DNA from: the human T2T-CHM13v2.0 reference genome, Homo sapiens
Assembly (NCBI RefSeq): GCF_009914755.1
Contig: NC_060938.1
DNA: 64,000 nucleotides
Direction: 5' to 3' (one strand)
A model generated the notes under the pieces. It was given only the letters and a program-made list of their open reading frames with translations. It was not told the origin of the DNA and did no database searches. This document shows, in pieces, positions 1 to 15,376 of this stretch; positions within the stretch are counted from its first letter, which is position 1; each line of letters starts with the position of its first letter. The position numbers and the translations under genes were made by a program.

Positions 1-1063
1 GCCAAGAACCAAAAGTGACATCTTCCTCTGCCTCTTGGCGGGCCCTGTTTTCAGAGACAGGCTGCAGCAACAGTAAGTTGTGAACATGGCTGCTTGTCTC
101 TTCTGCCACTCAGCTCTGGCTAGGTAGGAGTTGCCTGTTCGAGGAAGATGGCCAACTTGAAATTGCCTTACTCCATCCTGAAGCATAAGGCAGGAAAAGG
201 GGGAGGCTGCTGCAATGATGCTTGCCTCGAAACAAAATTCATGGCAGTTGATACACATATGAGTTTCTCCATCTCCATACCTTCCCCTGCACCTTTCAAA
301 TGGTTGGATCAACACAAAAGAAGAAATCCAAGTAAGGTGTGACAAATCACTTAAGTGATGAGATCAACTGAAAAATAGTAGTAATCAATTTAATAGATAT
401 GTCTCTATTCCGTTAAACCCTGTATGCCTGCATTTACTTAAAAAGCATTACATTCAATCTCAACAACATAGAAAAATGTACATGTCTCTAAGATAAGCTA
501 ATCTTCAGACAAGCTGGTGCCCCACGTCACAGCACCGGGCCCATTACATGGCACTGATTATCAATTAAACAGTTCATTCACAGGGTCTATTAATTTATTT
601 TTCATTGGCATAGATGAAAAACATCTGAGCTAATCATTCAACTATGTTAAGGTAAGTAAAATCTGATAGGATATACGTTGCTTTCACACAATTATAGTAC
701 TTCAAAGTAGGGTTTAAGCCAAACCCTACTTTTCCACTTATTTCTATCACAAAACTGGTCATCCATTTCCAAGCAAAAGTCTCAACTTACAGCTGAACTT
801 TGGTATGTCCTGATCTGCTAGTATTTTTCTAGGGTTAAAGTTGCAACAGTTTTAAATGCCAAGTTCGGCCTTCCACCATGAGCCCTCTCTTCTTCCCTGG
901 CCTCTGTTTCACAAACTGACATAAATTTTAGCTCCATTTCATACAAGCCTCTTCTAGCCTTTGGCTCAGCCACAATTTCTAAACTTAGCTTCTGGAGTTT
1001 GGGTGGTAGACTTTCCTCAACCATCAAGCTGCAGTATGATGTTTCAGCAGCAGGTGTTGTATC

Positions 1064-1426
<363 letters not shown>

Positions 1427-1615
1427 TGAGGCTTCTGGTTACACACTATTATCTGTTGAACACCTGAAGGATATATACAGTGAGTGTCAAACATCTCATG
1501 AAGAAGATGTCAAGAAGAAGATATTTGACATACACTGTATGTAGCATTCAGGTGTTCATACAGGTGTTTTACATTTTACAATGTAAAAACTGGAAGGACT
1601 CCTCAAAACTCGTAA

Positions 1616-1976
<361 letters not shown>

Positions 1977-3089
1977 CAAGACTTTTGTTGTAAACAAACT
2001 ATAAAAGCAAGTTAAAGACAGAAGGTGATCTGAACTAAGTGCCCACACTAAAAGGTCCTGGATCAAGGAAATCTGCTGGGAGGACAGAGCACAGGAAATT
2101 ATTTTTCTAGTTTTTAGGCAACCACCACCAAAGAGAGAAAAACAATAAATAAAAAATGCAATACAGAGAAATCGACACAAAGAGATGTATAAATACCAGA
2201 AGTCAGTACTGATGCTTTTAGAATTAAAAACCCTAAAAGCCTGAAGCAAGCTGTAAGGTTGAATGGACTATTATCACTTCTCCATGCTCCTCTCCCAAAA
2301 ACCAGGATCACCACCGGGGATGCACAGAACTGAATTGTGCTTGCTGTCACTCCCAAAGTACCCAGAGACAGGGGCTGCAAGCCATGGCCTGTAGACCTCC
2401 GAGCCAGCAGGCAGATCGGGGGGGGAGAAAACAAAATAGGTTTCAGTTCACATGCAGAGTTTGGTACAGGCCCCCAAGAAAACTATTTTAAATGGGAAAT
2501 CACAGATAAAAATTGCGAATGAGGTTCTTGAATTTGGAGCACCCTGCCAAATGATCTGCAAGTTCATTTCTCTAGGGAGAGGGTCCCCATGACCCTGGAA
2601 AAGGTTAACAGCCTCAATGCCGAAAACAAAAAAAACTGAGAGCAGGTCACAGTAATGGAATATGAACTGGGAACTGATGTAATAATCCTCTCTCTCTCCC
2701 TGAGTGACAATGCACTGATGAGGTGACCTACTAAAAGGAGCAAAGGCCTAACGTCTGATCCTGGAAAAGCATGGGAAAGATACATGGTTTGGTACTGAGA
2801 TGAGAAAATACGACACTTTTATAAAACAACAGCAATGCAATGTTTACATTTGTGTTCACTCCAATTTATTACTTAAGACTTTTAGAACCGATGAGAACAT
2901 TCTAAAACTAGAAAAACAGCTAGACTCAAAAGACAATTTTTTAAAAAGATAATTTTTGCTTAAGTGTGTTTTGCTTTGTCATGAACCCTCATTCAAAAGC
3001 TCTTAGCCCACAGCCTATTCCTTCCTGCCACCGCAGTGCACCTCATTCTAGGGTGCCTACAGCTCCTATTCCAATAGGAACTTACTTTA

Positions 3090-3426
<337 letters not shown>

Positions 3427-3769
3427 TTATCAATATGTAATGATCCCTTCACAGCTGGTTAGTTTTACCCATGTTAAGTGACTGTCACATTTTCTTCTTC
3501 TGAAAAAGAACCACATCTGAACTGCCCACGTGGTCAGCTTCATGGCACTTACTACACGTAAAGACTGCGCTTTTCACACTGGAGCGTGAGACAACCCAAG
3601 GTCTTAGGAGAAAGCAGGGTTGTTTTCCTGTAATACCCATCTGACTTGATGGTAAGTCACTTAACATGGTTTTAAAAATAGCAAACATTATCATTTGCAT
3701 GAATTTTTAAGATTTAAAAACACAAGTCCAAAAACCAACAACAAAAACATGAATCTTGGGAGCAAATGC

Positions 3770-3957
3770 TTTTTTTTTTTAGATGGGATCTTGCTCTGTT
3801 GCCCAAGCTGGAATGCAGTGGTGTGACCATAGATCACTGCAGCCTTGACCTCTTAGGCTCAAGCCAACCTCCCACTTCAGCCTCCCGAGTAGCTGGGACG
3901 ACAGGTGTATGCCACCACACCTGGCTAATTTTTTGTAGAGATGGGTTGCCCAGGCTT
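3770..3957 (-). mobile_element. Partial Alu (AluJ-like right arm)
   Basis: Antisense right monomer after poly-T. Confidence 0.85.
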
Positions 3958-4174
3958 GACAGCAACTTTGAGCTTGTGACGAGTCACTATGGGTTTAGCC
4001 CCTAGACTTGCAGGAATGTTATTTTTGGCCACCAGGAGTTTTGTTTTAGTAGAAAACACTCTAAGAAATACTAACATAAGATACTGAAGGGACAGGAGAA
4101 GTGATTTAAAACAAAACAAAACAAAACCAAATAACATGGCCTGAGGGTCAAACACAAAATAGTAATAGCATAAA

Positions 4175-4410
4175 TAGAGCATTTCTACAATGAGCACTGT
4201 GTGCTAGGCACAGTGCTAAGGGCCTCACGTGGATCAACTCTGCTCGCTCAGCAACCCTGGGAGTCAGGCACTCCATTAGCCCCCTTTACAGATACGGGAA
4301 GGAAGGCGCGGAGACCGGCCCAAAATGGCACAGTTCTAAGGGTGCTGCAGTGATTTCAGCCCGAGCAGGCTGGCTCCAGAGCCTGCCCTCTCAGTTACCA
4401 CACTGCACTT
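4175..4410 (-). mobile_element. MIR
   Basis: tgtgtgctaggcacagtgctaag...tttacagat...ctggctccagagcctgc, typical MIR core. Confidence 0.7.
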
Positions 4411-5297
4411 GCTGAGGGAGCTTCACCCCACCATTTCCACAGTTTCCCAGAGGAAACTGACTCCTAACAACCACAGGTGCTATGGCACCAGGCTAGTTGC
4501 TTTGATAAACACTCCAACTTGGGCTGACAATGGTCACACGAAAAAACAGGTCTTCATATTTTTATCTTACAGACTGGGAAACAAACTCAGAGAAGTAAAG
4601 CAACTAATTCCAAATTATATTTAATTCCAAATTATATGTAAATAGCAAATGAACTATACAATACAGGTTTGTCTTACTACAAAGCATGTGCTCTTTCCAC
4701 GCAGCCACAGCGCCTCTCACTTGGACAGTGGATACAGCTGTTTCAACTCTTCCTAACCACACTCAGGAATACCCGGCCCAGGGGCCAGGGTTCCTTCCCT
4801 CCCATCACTCAAATGCTCCTTCCTGTGAAGTCCCCCAGCTAACACGGAGAACTGACCCCACCCCATCATGCATATCGCATTTTCAACATGCAATGCCAAG
4901 GATCTCAACTCAGCCCCTTACTCCAAATCTGCATGATTTTATAACCTGAATCTTAGGTTTACATTTTTTCAGTGTTTGTTCCCCTGTATTTGTATCCTTA
5001 ATAAGTCAAGTATCTCTAAACCTGGTCTTTTATTTGTAGGTTCTTAAAAAGAAGGGGTATGTGTTAAATGCCAGTGACCAAAAAAGTGCTCTAAAATACC
5101 TTCTCCTCACCACAGGATGCACTTACAGCCAGGAAGGGGTCTGGAATCAGCTAACGAGAAGACATTCATGAGAAAATGGTGAAAGTCACTCACAACCAGT
5201 GTTGGTAGGCCTCAGGCTTCCAATCATTAGGTGGGAAGAACTGTGATTTTCTAAATCATATAGGTAACTGAGGTGCTCTGTTCTGTATATAAATACA

Positions 5298-5443
5298 AAG
5301 CAGGGTTTCTCAGCACTTCTGACATTTGGGGCTGGAAAATGCCTTTTGTAGGGGCTGCCCTATATGTAGAAGTGTAGCAGCACCTCTAACCTAGATGCCA
5401 GTGGTACCCCACACTCCCAATTCAACAATAAAAAATGTCTTCA
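5298..5443. mobile_element. MER20-like hAT DNA transposon fragment abutting an Alu
   Basis: gcagggtttctcagcact...ctagatgccagtggtacccc, similar to the MER20 at 36855. Confidence 0.65.
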
Positions 5444-5741
5444 GGCTGAGCGAGGCGGTTCACGCCTGTAATCCCAGCACTTTGGGAGGACAAGGCGGGC
5501 GGATCACTTGACTCCAGGAGTTCAAGACCAGCCTCGCCAACGTGGCGAAACTCCATCTCTACAAAAAATACGAAAAATTAGCCAGGCGTGGTGGCACATG
5601 CCTGTAGTCCCAGCTACTGGGGAGGCTGAGGTGGGAGGACTGCTTGAGCCCGGAGGTCGAGGCTGCAGTGAGCCATCATCATGCCACTACACTCTAGCCT
5701 GGGTGACACAGCAAGACCCTGTCTCACAAAAGGAAAAAAAA
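5444..5741 (+). mobile_element. Alu (AluJ-like)
   Basis: Full-length dimer with A-tail. Confidence 0.93.
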
Positions 5742-7849
5742 GTCTGATATAAAATAAAAGAACTTATATGTCTGACCAGACACATTTTGCTCTTCTCAGT
5801 TTCATACTTTTGACATAAAAGTAACCAGTTTGATTTCTAAATCATGGTACTTTTTTCAAATATTCAGACTGATTTAATTGCAAAAAATATAATCAACTGT
5901 GCAGACATTTGATTACCTGGTAATTTCACATTTGTATGTTCCATATTTGATCGTCGTTGACTAAATTTTTTAGTAAAGAGGAATAATTTCTTTAAAAAGA
6001 TTAGTGCTCTAAGAATGTTGTTTTTAAAAAGGATATTTGTACTCATTATAAATTATACAAATTGTTCTTATTAGTCATGTAGGAATTTTATTACTCTTGG
6101 GAAAGCTTCTCAATCGTTTACTTTTAGAATGTTCTCTAATTCCTGAGATGTTTACAATGACACCGTTTATTACATAGAAGGTGGTATAATTTAATCCCCG
6201 TAGCATCTCAGCATCATCTAAGGAAGCTTATTTCAGGGGGTTATGAAGACACCTGGCTCTTAAACAAATTGACAAAAAATGGTTCCATCTATATGAACAG
6301 AGTATTTTAGTGACTCACAGCCATTGAAAATCTCATCAAATTTTGAAGCAAAGCTGCACTACTTAGTTAATACTGAAGTAAATGGACCAGTTAATACAAA
6401 GAAACAGCCAAAGCTCATTCACGCCAAGTCGGTTATCAGAAGACCTGCCATCATCCTAGACCCTCCAACCTGCCAACAGAAGAGAGTCCTCTCAGAGCAG
6501 GCTACCAGCGTTTGCAAACTAGAAGCACATTAGTAAAAAGGGCCAGCTTGTAGTTCATTGTCCAGCAAGAGAAAATGACAAATACTTAGACCTACTAAAG
6601 TCAGCTTAACCTTTAGTCATGAAAGATATACCATTGAGAACTAAGAATAAAAGTATAACCCTTCCAGGTCATGAAGAGCCAAACCAACCTTAGACTGCAG
6701 GACTGCAGGTGCACACTATATGAAGAAGCAAAGTTTTGATTTGGCTTCATCAATAGTTTTTAAATTAAGCCAACTTGAAATAAAAGCTATATACATACTG
6801 TATGACCATTCCTAATGACTTCCTAAAGTTTAGAAAAACCGAGTGATTGATTTCCACATGAAGACAATAGTCATGTATAATTTTTGACATATTTGAAGTG
6901 CTTGCTGGAGGAGGAGATGTAACTGAGTGTAACATTCTTGTGTAGTAAGCATGCTACAAAGTGAAAATAATAAACGGAAAGCAATATCACCTGTAGCAAT
7001 GAAATGAGGTTACCACTTCTTGCAAATAAAACATAGCAAGGATAGACCATTTAAGGAACAACCAAATCAAACCTAATTCAGGTTGTCACACCAACCAAAG
7101 ACAAGGAAAGCGAGCAAGTAGTTCACCTGCCCACTTGTCGTATCTCAAGAACAGCAGCCCAGGAGCTGACTCTTGAGTGATTCAGATTGTGCAGAATCAG
7201 GAGAAGGAGCCACACTGCCTCTCAGTCCTGGTGGGGACTGTGGTACTGGCCCTGTTCCTTCTGACTGCTGTTCAACTGCAAATGAAAGATAACGGTGGCC
7301 ACACCACCAAAATACAGAAAGGTGTCATCACAGGTAATTCAAATACTTGGAGCCTTATAGAGATTTCTATGAGAAACTTTCACTGAGAACAAATTAAAAT
7401 TAATACACAGTACACGTTGAAAAACATAAATGTTATAATTTGCTAAATTAACTATCAATATTTTACACTAACATATATAGAAAAAAATTAACCCTCATTT
7501 TCTTGAAAAATTTATACACAGAGTAACTTATTGCATTAGATATGCTTTAAGGCTTTTAAAATTTCATTGTGATCTTTTGTTTACAAAAAAACTTGGTGAT
7601 TTCAATAACTCAGGAACAACTGCTGCTTGTATTAACACTGGGCACTGATGAAATCAGATATATATATGTAACCGCATTTCATTGATATTTCTGTAAAAAC
7701 AAACGATGAAATGTATTTTATATTTTCAATTTAAAAAGTAAAATGTTTAAGTATCCTTAATAAGACATCAAATGGAATATTTATGGACTCAATTCCTCTT
7801 TCCTCCCCACTCTGTGAAATATATACTTAAATTGCAAACAGCTGCTCAC

Positions 7850-8106
7850 CTGGATGACTTTATAGAAGTAGGCGTACTGTCGAGCTGTGTTTTTATACTG
7901 GCTGAAGACATCATGTATAGCTTGTGTGGACTGAAGATACCGAACTTCATCTTCTTCAAAGTAGAGAGGAGTGTCATATTCACTGGGGAGGGTTTGAATA
8001 TAGGGCTGCCAGAAGGAGTTAGGGCTGGCTCGCTCACACAGCAAATGAAAGGCCAGTGCGATGTTTCCCATGGCTTGAAGGATTCGGTCTTGAGAATATA
8101 AGGGCC
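7850..8106 (-). CDS. SETD3: SETD3 exon 6 (GPLYSQDRILQAMGNIALAFHLLCERASPNSFWQPYIQTLP...AYFYKVIQ); gene continues left of the window
   Basis: ORF track 7781..8071; ttcag| acceptor, CAG|gtgagc donor; 257 nt; cumulative CDS 675 nt = 225 codons. Confidence 0.97.
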
Positions 8107-8224
8107 CTGAATTAACCCAGAAGTTAACAGCGTAAGTTCCACAAACTTCTTAAAAACTTCATTTAAATATACGTTTACAAATTACAGAAAAACTAAAAGG
8201 TCTTGTAACATTTAGTCAGGTACA

Positions 8225-8513
8225 GGCTGGGCGCAGTGGCTCACACCTGTAATCCTAGCACTTTGGGAGGTCAAGGTGGGAGGATTGCTTGAGCTCAGGA
8301 CTTTGAGACCAGCCTGGGCAATATAGCAAAACCCCATCACTACAAAAAAAAAAAAAAAAAAAAAAATTAGCCAGATGTAGTGGTGCACACCTGTGGGAGA
8401 ATCATTTGAGCCTGGGAGATCAAGGTTGTAGTGAGCTATGATGGTGCCAGTGTACTCCAGCCTAGGTGACAAAGCGAGACCCTATCTCAAAAATAATAAT
8501 AATAATAAATAAA
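8225..8513 (+). mobile_element. Alu (AluJ-like, internally deleted, expanded middle A-run) in SETD3 intron 5
   Basis: Alu sequence with a long central poly-A and (AAT)n tail. Confidence 0.92.
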
Positions 8514-8682
8514 GGTCATGTGCATCTTTTTTATAACATTAAATGAAAAACACTTAATGCATATTTGAGGGAATATTTCGCCAGTCGAGAAAAACCAAGT
8601 ATTATCCTTAGTGCCATAAAATGGAATTTTACATATTTTTGTCATTTGTGCTTTGCCTTGAAGAGTCAGAAATTATTCTCAC

Positions 8683-8755
8683 CCAACACTGAATTTTTAG
8701 CAGATTCAACAGTCATTAGCAATTTTCGTGGAACCCATAAAAACAATTCTTCTGC
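8683..8755 (-). CDS. SETD3: SETD3 exon 5 (AEELFLWVPRKLLMTVESAKNSVL)
   Basis: cctag| acceptor, G|gtgaga donor, 73 nt, phase-consistent. Confidence 0.96.
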
Positions 8756-9364
8756 CTAGGGAAAAAAATAATAATAGGAGAATCATCAAAACACGGTACA
8801 GTCTTCAATCCAACCATATCTACGGTCAGAAATCCAATCACACATGAAGTACAACTTAAGGCTGCATATCAGCACTTCAAATAAATATTCAAATACATTT
8901 TAAAATGTAAGCATTTATCTTATAGTTAAATGAGTAGAAGTATAGCTTAAAATCCTGTTTCCAACAGAAAAACTAAAAACTACATATGCTGAGAAGCAAA
9001 TAATCAAAAAAGGGACTTTCAACTTTAACCTGAAGCAAATATAACATTTGGAGTAGAGCATAAAGGCGTTTACTGTATTCTTTACTGTACTTTTAAGTTC
9101 TAAAACCAGACCAAATCAAAACAAAATTCCTGCCTCCAACAAAAACCCTAATCTGTCGACGTGAATTACTACTACTACTGAGTTTTGAAGCCAGAGTAAC
9201 ATTCCTTCCTCTACATACTTATCTTTAAAGCACAACAGTTACTAGTGAAATCACATGCCCAGAAGACACATTGGTTTAGAAATTTGTTTCCCAAAGCTTT
9301 TTCTCATTTTTTGGCAATACAGGCTGCTTCCTTTTGCTGTGTCCTGTGTATCTACACTGCAAAA

Positions 9365-9520
9365 AACATGCACATGGCGCTCCAACATGTGGGAGACAGC
9401 AAGAGGGCAGCTGTCTGCAAACCAAGAATGTCTTCACCTAAACAGACCATGCCAGCACCCTGAGATCTTGGACATTCAGCCTCCAAATTGTGAGAAATAA
9501 ATGTCTGTTGTTTAAGACCT
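9365..9520 (+). mobile_element. ERVL-MaLR (MLT1-like) LTR fragment
   Basis: ccatgccagcaccctgagatcttggacattcagcctccaaattgtgagaaataaatgtctgttgtttaag. Confidence 0.75.
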
Positions 9521-10762
9521 CCTCCCCAACCCTCGCCTCCCCACAAAAGCACATAGTGAGGAAAGTCCACAGCTCGGATCTTCTGGGCAGCATCCACACA
9601 AATACTGCCTTGAATCTGTCACAAGAGAAGAACATGTGGCATCTTGCTTTCACCAATGTCAACTATTAAGTTATTTGTACCTGTCTTGTCCCTTACTATA
9701 TAGATTATAAGCATCATGAAGGAAGAGACTGGTTTTTTTTGGAAGCAAGATACTACCATTCACACAGTAGACATTTAACAGGTATCTAATATACCAGCAT
9801 GTGATTTATCAATCTATCAATGAAAGGTTAACTACAACTTAGCCAAAAATGTTGCTGGAGGTTTGAGGGGGCCCAAATAACACCCCTTCCTCCACCCAAG
9901 TTCTGAAGCAACTGAGAGAGAGATAGAATACAACAGATGGTCACCCAAAATATCACCTACTGAATCCCAGAATTAGACAGACTCCCCCACCTAGTTACAG
10001 GCAGAGCTGGATCCCCACCGCCCTCCCCACATGTGGCCTGCCCCTGCAAAGCTTCCAGGGCAGAGAGCAGAGTGGAATGAATGCATACGGGCAACTAGCT
10101 CCCATCGAGAAAAAGGCCAAGTCCAGTTCCTTCTCCCAAACTTGGCCAACAGATGAAGGAGTGCCTCCTCTTAGAAGAGACATGAGTGAGGGGTGAGAAG
10201 AGGCCAGGCATGGCCAGTGACTGCTGCTCCCTTCATGTGGAAAGAAGAACCAAGAACCAAGAGGGGAGAAAAAGCCCTTCTTCCTTAGTAGGTGGCTGTT
10301 TCTCTCTCCTCTCCCTATTGCCACTGGTATTGCCATTTCAGTGAGCTCCTAGTACCTTCAGCCTCATAGTCATCCATTTCAGACACTAGTAGGCATACCC
10401 ACACCGCCAGTCCTCCACCCACTCACCTCCAGTAAGTTACAAAATCCAAACCATGAGTCCACCTCCTTATCTTTAGGTAAATCTCAAAATCCTGTGAGGC
10501 ATGTTCTATGGTCTCCTAACAGAGGCTCAGAAATGTGAACTGACTTGCCCCAGTCACTGATTAGCAACTTGGCTCCCCAGGAGGATAAGGTGGGAGGAGC
10601 TGCTTAGAACATGAGCCCAAGGCCCTTCCAGGCTGCCTATCTGCCCACAGGCTCAGAACTAGAACTCCCCCACCACACGTCTACCTCTTCACCCTGCGCC
10701 CTCTACAGCACACCACAGTTCAAACACATAGACCCCTTGAGACCAACATTTTATAAACTCAC

Positions 10763-10911
10763 CTTGATATCTCTTGTTGCTCTCAAACCAAAGCCCTCTT
10801 CTTTGAAGTTAACCATTTCAAAACCCTCGACAGAAGCCCCATTTTCAGAGGCCCATTTCATTAGATCAGGAAAGTAATCTTCTCTTTTTCCATCAAAAGT
10901 AACGGACAGAC
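10763..10911 (-). CDS. SETD3: SETD3 exon 4 (GLSVTFDGKREDYFPDLMKWASENGASVEGFEMVNFKEEGFGLRATRDIK), start of the SET domain
   Basis: ORF track 10751..10939; tag| acceptor, AAG|gtgagt donor; 149 nt; GFGLRATRDI SET motif. Confidence 0.97.
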
Positions 10912-13056
10912 CTATATTAATCCACGTTTTAGAAAACAAGAGCTACTTTTAGGACACATATCATTCACACGTCTCTCAGAAAATAAAAACAGGCCATAAC
11001 TAACACTGGAAATAGTCTTAACACGCCAATCTTGAAATCAAAACTAATCACCAGATGGTCACAGTACATACCTTAACTGGTGACAGGGAAGAAGAATTAA
11101 AATCCTAAACTCCCTGTCAGTTACAGTGAAATATATACTGACACTAGGTAATATAAATATTGACTATTAGGTACTATTAGGTAATACGATGGCAAAGGGC
11201 AGAGAGCTTCTATTACCACTACTATGATTTACAGAGCAGTTTTCTCCTTAAAAGTCAAACATGCCACCTCTCATGTTCACATTTGCTTTAACAAAATTTC
11301 CATTAAAACAAAAATGAGTAGCTCGCGTATGTGCACAAGGAGACATGGGAAAGGATGAGCCCCACAGCCCTGATTCTAAGAACACAAAACTGTAGAGCTG
11401 TAAGCCAGAAGGCTGTAAGGCAATTTAAATGAGCTAGAGCTATGTGTATCAACATAAGTATAACACTAAATGTACCACAGTGGCTTTTAAAAAATCACGT
11501 AATATGACACCATTTATGTAAATTTTTCAAATATCAATTACAACCATATATTTTTATGGGGTTATTTATGAAGTAGAAAACATTCACAGTGAAGATGAAC
11601 ACCCTGCAAGGAGGGAGGGAATGGAAGGGGATGAAAATGTGAGGCTTTGGCTGTATCTGTGATGTTTTATTTCTTAAAAACAAATACAAAAACAAAACCA
11701 AGGGCTGAGGAAGGGAAAGGAAAGCTGATCAGTGGGTGAGAATAAAAGAAAGGACAATGAGAATACAACTTTGACATGTGCTCAGCTGGGGTAGCAGATT
11801 CTTGGACATCTGTTATATTAATTTCTGAACTTTTCAGCATGTCCTATGTAGTCAAAAAGATGAAAAGACATGCATAGAAAAAACCATTCTGTTTGGATGA
11901 ATAAAAGGAGGGGAACAGGAACTTTACTATGAGGAAGCTGGGTGTGGCACATAGCTCAGGCGCCTGTGGCCATCTTACCACAGCATAATTAACAGTCAAC
12001 CTGATATGTGAAGAGGGCATGCTGGATATGTGAAGATACCTGCTAAATGGCGAAAATGACCAGAATGAGGAATATTCAAAGACGGAACTTCCTATTCACT
12101 CCTTGAGAACTGGCAAATGCTTTACCCTCAGTGTCAGGTATAGTAAACAGTATCTACGCAGAAGAGAAACTAAGGCGCTACCCACTTGGTGACAAAGGAT
12201 TAGCACAGACTCCTATTTAGTGCAAATAAACCCATTATGAAGGAACCTGTTTGAAAACACCCATTATGAACTCACCATTTTGGAGTCTGAGACCATCTAA
12301 ACTGAAGACTACATGTTTAGAGATGTGTATGGAAGAGCAATAAAACCACTACTTAAAGAGAGCAAATAAAAAACAAACCCTCTCCTGAGGCCCTTCATGA
12401 CAATAAGAAAGGGCCCCACATTCCAATGCATGCTCCTTAGGATGTTTTCTGCTTCTACCTTCCATGTGGTCCTGCATAATAATCTTTACTTTTTGTGCTT
12501 TACAGAACAAAAACAATAGGTATAGTGAATGAGCTTTTTCAAACTCACACTTAGCCCCACGCCAGCCTGGATGAGAATCATTACAATGGCGACTGCATAC
12601 GTCCTGTAAAAACACAGCTTAAGGAATATGACCACACCTCTTATTTAACTGAGATGTGTGTGAGTTCATTATAAACCTTGCTAATGCATTAACCAATCAG
12701 CATTTATTTGTTATTGACGATATACACTATATGCACTGTCCTGAAACTCAAAAGGAAATAACGGTATAATACTTTATAAAATGTAAATAAATAAAATTGT
12801 ATCATTTTAGCACCCAGATACAAACATTTTATTCTCCTAAAGCTCAACATTCTCACCCTTTCCGAAGCAGGTAATAGCATCTCAGAAAGGGGAGAAATCC
12901 CGCTAACTGCTCTCTCTCCCGGTCTGCAAGCCCCAGTACAAGACCTTTCAGAGTGACACCAATGATGCTGAGACCTTTACTACTCGTCAACCCTTTGACC
13001 TAATCAAGTTTCTACATGACATTATTAAAATACAATTATCATTCTAGCAATTTTAC

Positions 13057-13149
13057 CTTTTTGCTTTTTCCGTATTTTCTCAACCAGAGTCCGGATCTGC
13101 ACATACTCTTCCCACTCTTTTCCTGGGCCAGGCGCCGGACTGCTGCATT
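13057..13149 (-). CDS. SETD3: SETD3 exon 3 (KCSSPAPGPGKEWEEYVQIRTLVEKIRKKQK)
   Basis: ttacag| acceptor, G|gtaaaa donor, 93 nt, phase-consistent with exons 2 and 4. Confidence 0.96.
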
Positions 13150-14424
13150 CTGTAACATAAGAGGCATGGTACTGAAACACTTCTCTCTTTCAACTTAACC
13201 TACTAGTCTGCACAAGAAAGAGGATTTGGACTTTGTTGTTGCTGTTCTGGGGTTGGTTTATTTTTAAAAGACAGACATATGACAGCCATGATAATGAATG
13301 TGAGAAGTACAAGGCAGGTACACTTCTCAAAGCAGACAAACCCTGGGGCATCATAAAAACATCCCCCACTTAACTTACCCAAGAGAGAGCACTGAGCAAG
13401 CACCTAGCTCACATCCACCTTATTCTTAGTTAACTCTTTTTAGAATATACTTACTAACAGGAAAATCTATGATAAAAAGCTAAGCTAAAATGCAAACTAT
13501 CCCCCCAAAACTCTTCTATATGGCAAAAAGAAGTTAATAGTAAAAGTTAATAGTAAAAGTCAACCTTTCTTTTTAGTTAAACCCCATAACACTGATTCCC
13601 TAAGGGAACCAGTTAAATTGGACATAAGGACAATTAGTCGACAAACATTTCACATCCATGTGTACGGCACTATATTCAGCAGTCTGGGGGAGTTGCAAAA
13701 TGAGATGGCATAGTCACTGCTAAAAAAGAAGCCAAGATTCCACTGTGGGGCCAGAACCAAAAGACCAACACCCGAGGCTGAGGTGTGAGTTTGAAAGACT
13801 GCACACTGGGCACCCCGCCTATTGGCAGCTCTTTCTTTTCACACAACTGCATTGGTTTAGACAGCCCCTTCCCACACTCCTGCTTAACCTTTGGGGCCCC
13901 TTTGCTCTCTATTAAAAGAGTATATGTGGCAAATAACTAACAATAACTAGACACACGCTGAGTCTTAACTATGAAGGGTAGCCAGTCTTACTTCATTCTC
14001 CAACAATAAGCACTCACTGAGGCCTGGAACAGGCCTCAAAGATGAAGCAGCAGCGAGCCTGTCCTCAAGCTGCCAGAGGCAGGGGAGCTCAGCGAGGAAT
14101 GGGCAGGACAGCCACACTCCACCGGCCAGTAGGGTCCAGGGCAGCACTCGAGAGGGACCTGACTCCAACTTGGCTGCGGCCTGCTTTCTGTCTCAAAGGG
14201 AAAGCTGCATTTTTACTTGAGGTTTAGCCTGCCACATAATCTAAACATGGACAAAGGGCAACGCAGTGACCACAGCTACAGCCAAGGCACTAATTGCACC
14301 AATTCAAATTCATAATTTTAAAAAGTTACCAAATTACACTAACTTGCTAAAACAAGGAGAGGCACTTAATAGATATTTCACTTCCTTAAACCAAGAACTC
14401 TCAAACTACAGCATGTAAAAATCA

Positions 14425-14720
<296 letters not shown>

Positions 14721-15273
14721 TCAGAAGCACTGTTAATTGAATCACCAAAAAGAAAGGCGAGCCATTCCAGTGAGGGGCAGAGCTCTGAAGGCCAGGTCTC
14801 CAAGAGGCACGCTGGACTCCCCTGGGCCAACAGCCCGTGAAGTACCTTCACACACCACATCTCACAAGGCCCTTGGCTCATTCCCTGAGACAGTTATTAT
14901 CTATGTTTACGACAAGAACACTGAGTTTCGGAAGGGTTCAGTAATCTGCCGAGCGGCACACTGTGAAAAAGCAGTAGAGCTTCTTCTCGCCCACAGGTCC
15001 TCAGGGAAGACCATGTTCCAGGTGACTGTGCCATGGAAGCTCACAATTACTTCACCCAAGCCTTGTTAACAGCCACACAGTTCTGACGGGTGTTTCCATC
15101 CTCACAGGTGAGGACTGCAAGCCTGGGAACCTCTGTGACTCGCCCAGGCCCACAGCTAATAAGCTTGGACCTGAATACCAGCTTGTCTGATGCACGCGTC
15201 CCCATTCTGGTGACAAAGAAGAAAAAGGCACAGCCACCACATCAAGGCAGGGAGAGCCCAGAGGAGGACTTAC

Positions 15274-15376
15274 TCTGCAGCAGCTCACTGGTCAGGTTCA
15301 AGATTTCCTTTGGTGACACAGTTGCTGTAGCACCAGTGCCAGATTTCTGAGTTTTTACTCGACTCTTCTTACCCAT
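15274..15376 (-). CDS. SETD3: SETD3 exon 2 coding part (MGKKSRVKTQKSGTGATATVSPKEILNLTSELLQ); exon spans 15274-15384 including 8 nt of 5' UTR
   Basis: Reverse complement reads ctgtag|TCAGAAAA ATG GGT AAG AAG...; donor A|gtaagt at 15273; 103 nt, phase 1; matches the known SETD3 N-terminus. Confidence 0.96.

Noticed and set aside
4604-4638. 17-bp tandem duplication (similar short ones near 12230 and 13530)
   Set aside because: Ordinary slippage duplications; only two copies, no spacer structure, not CRISPR-like
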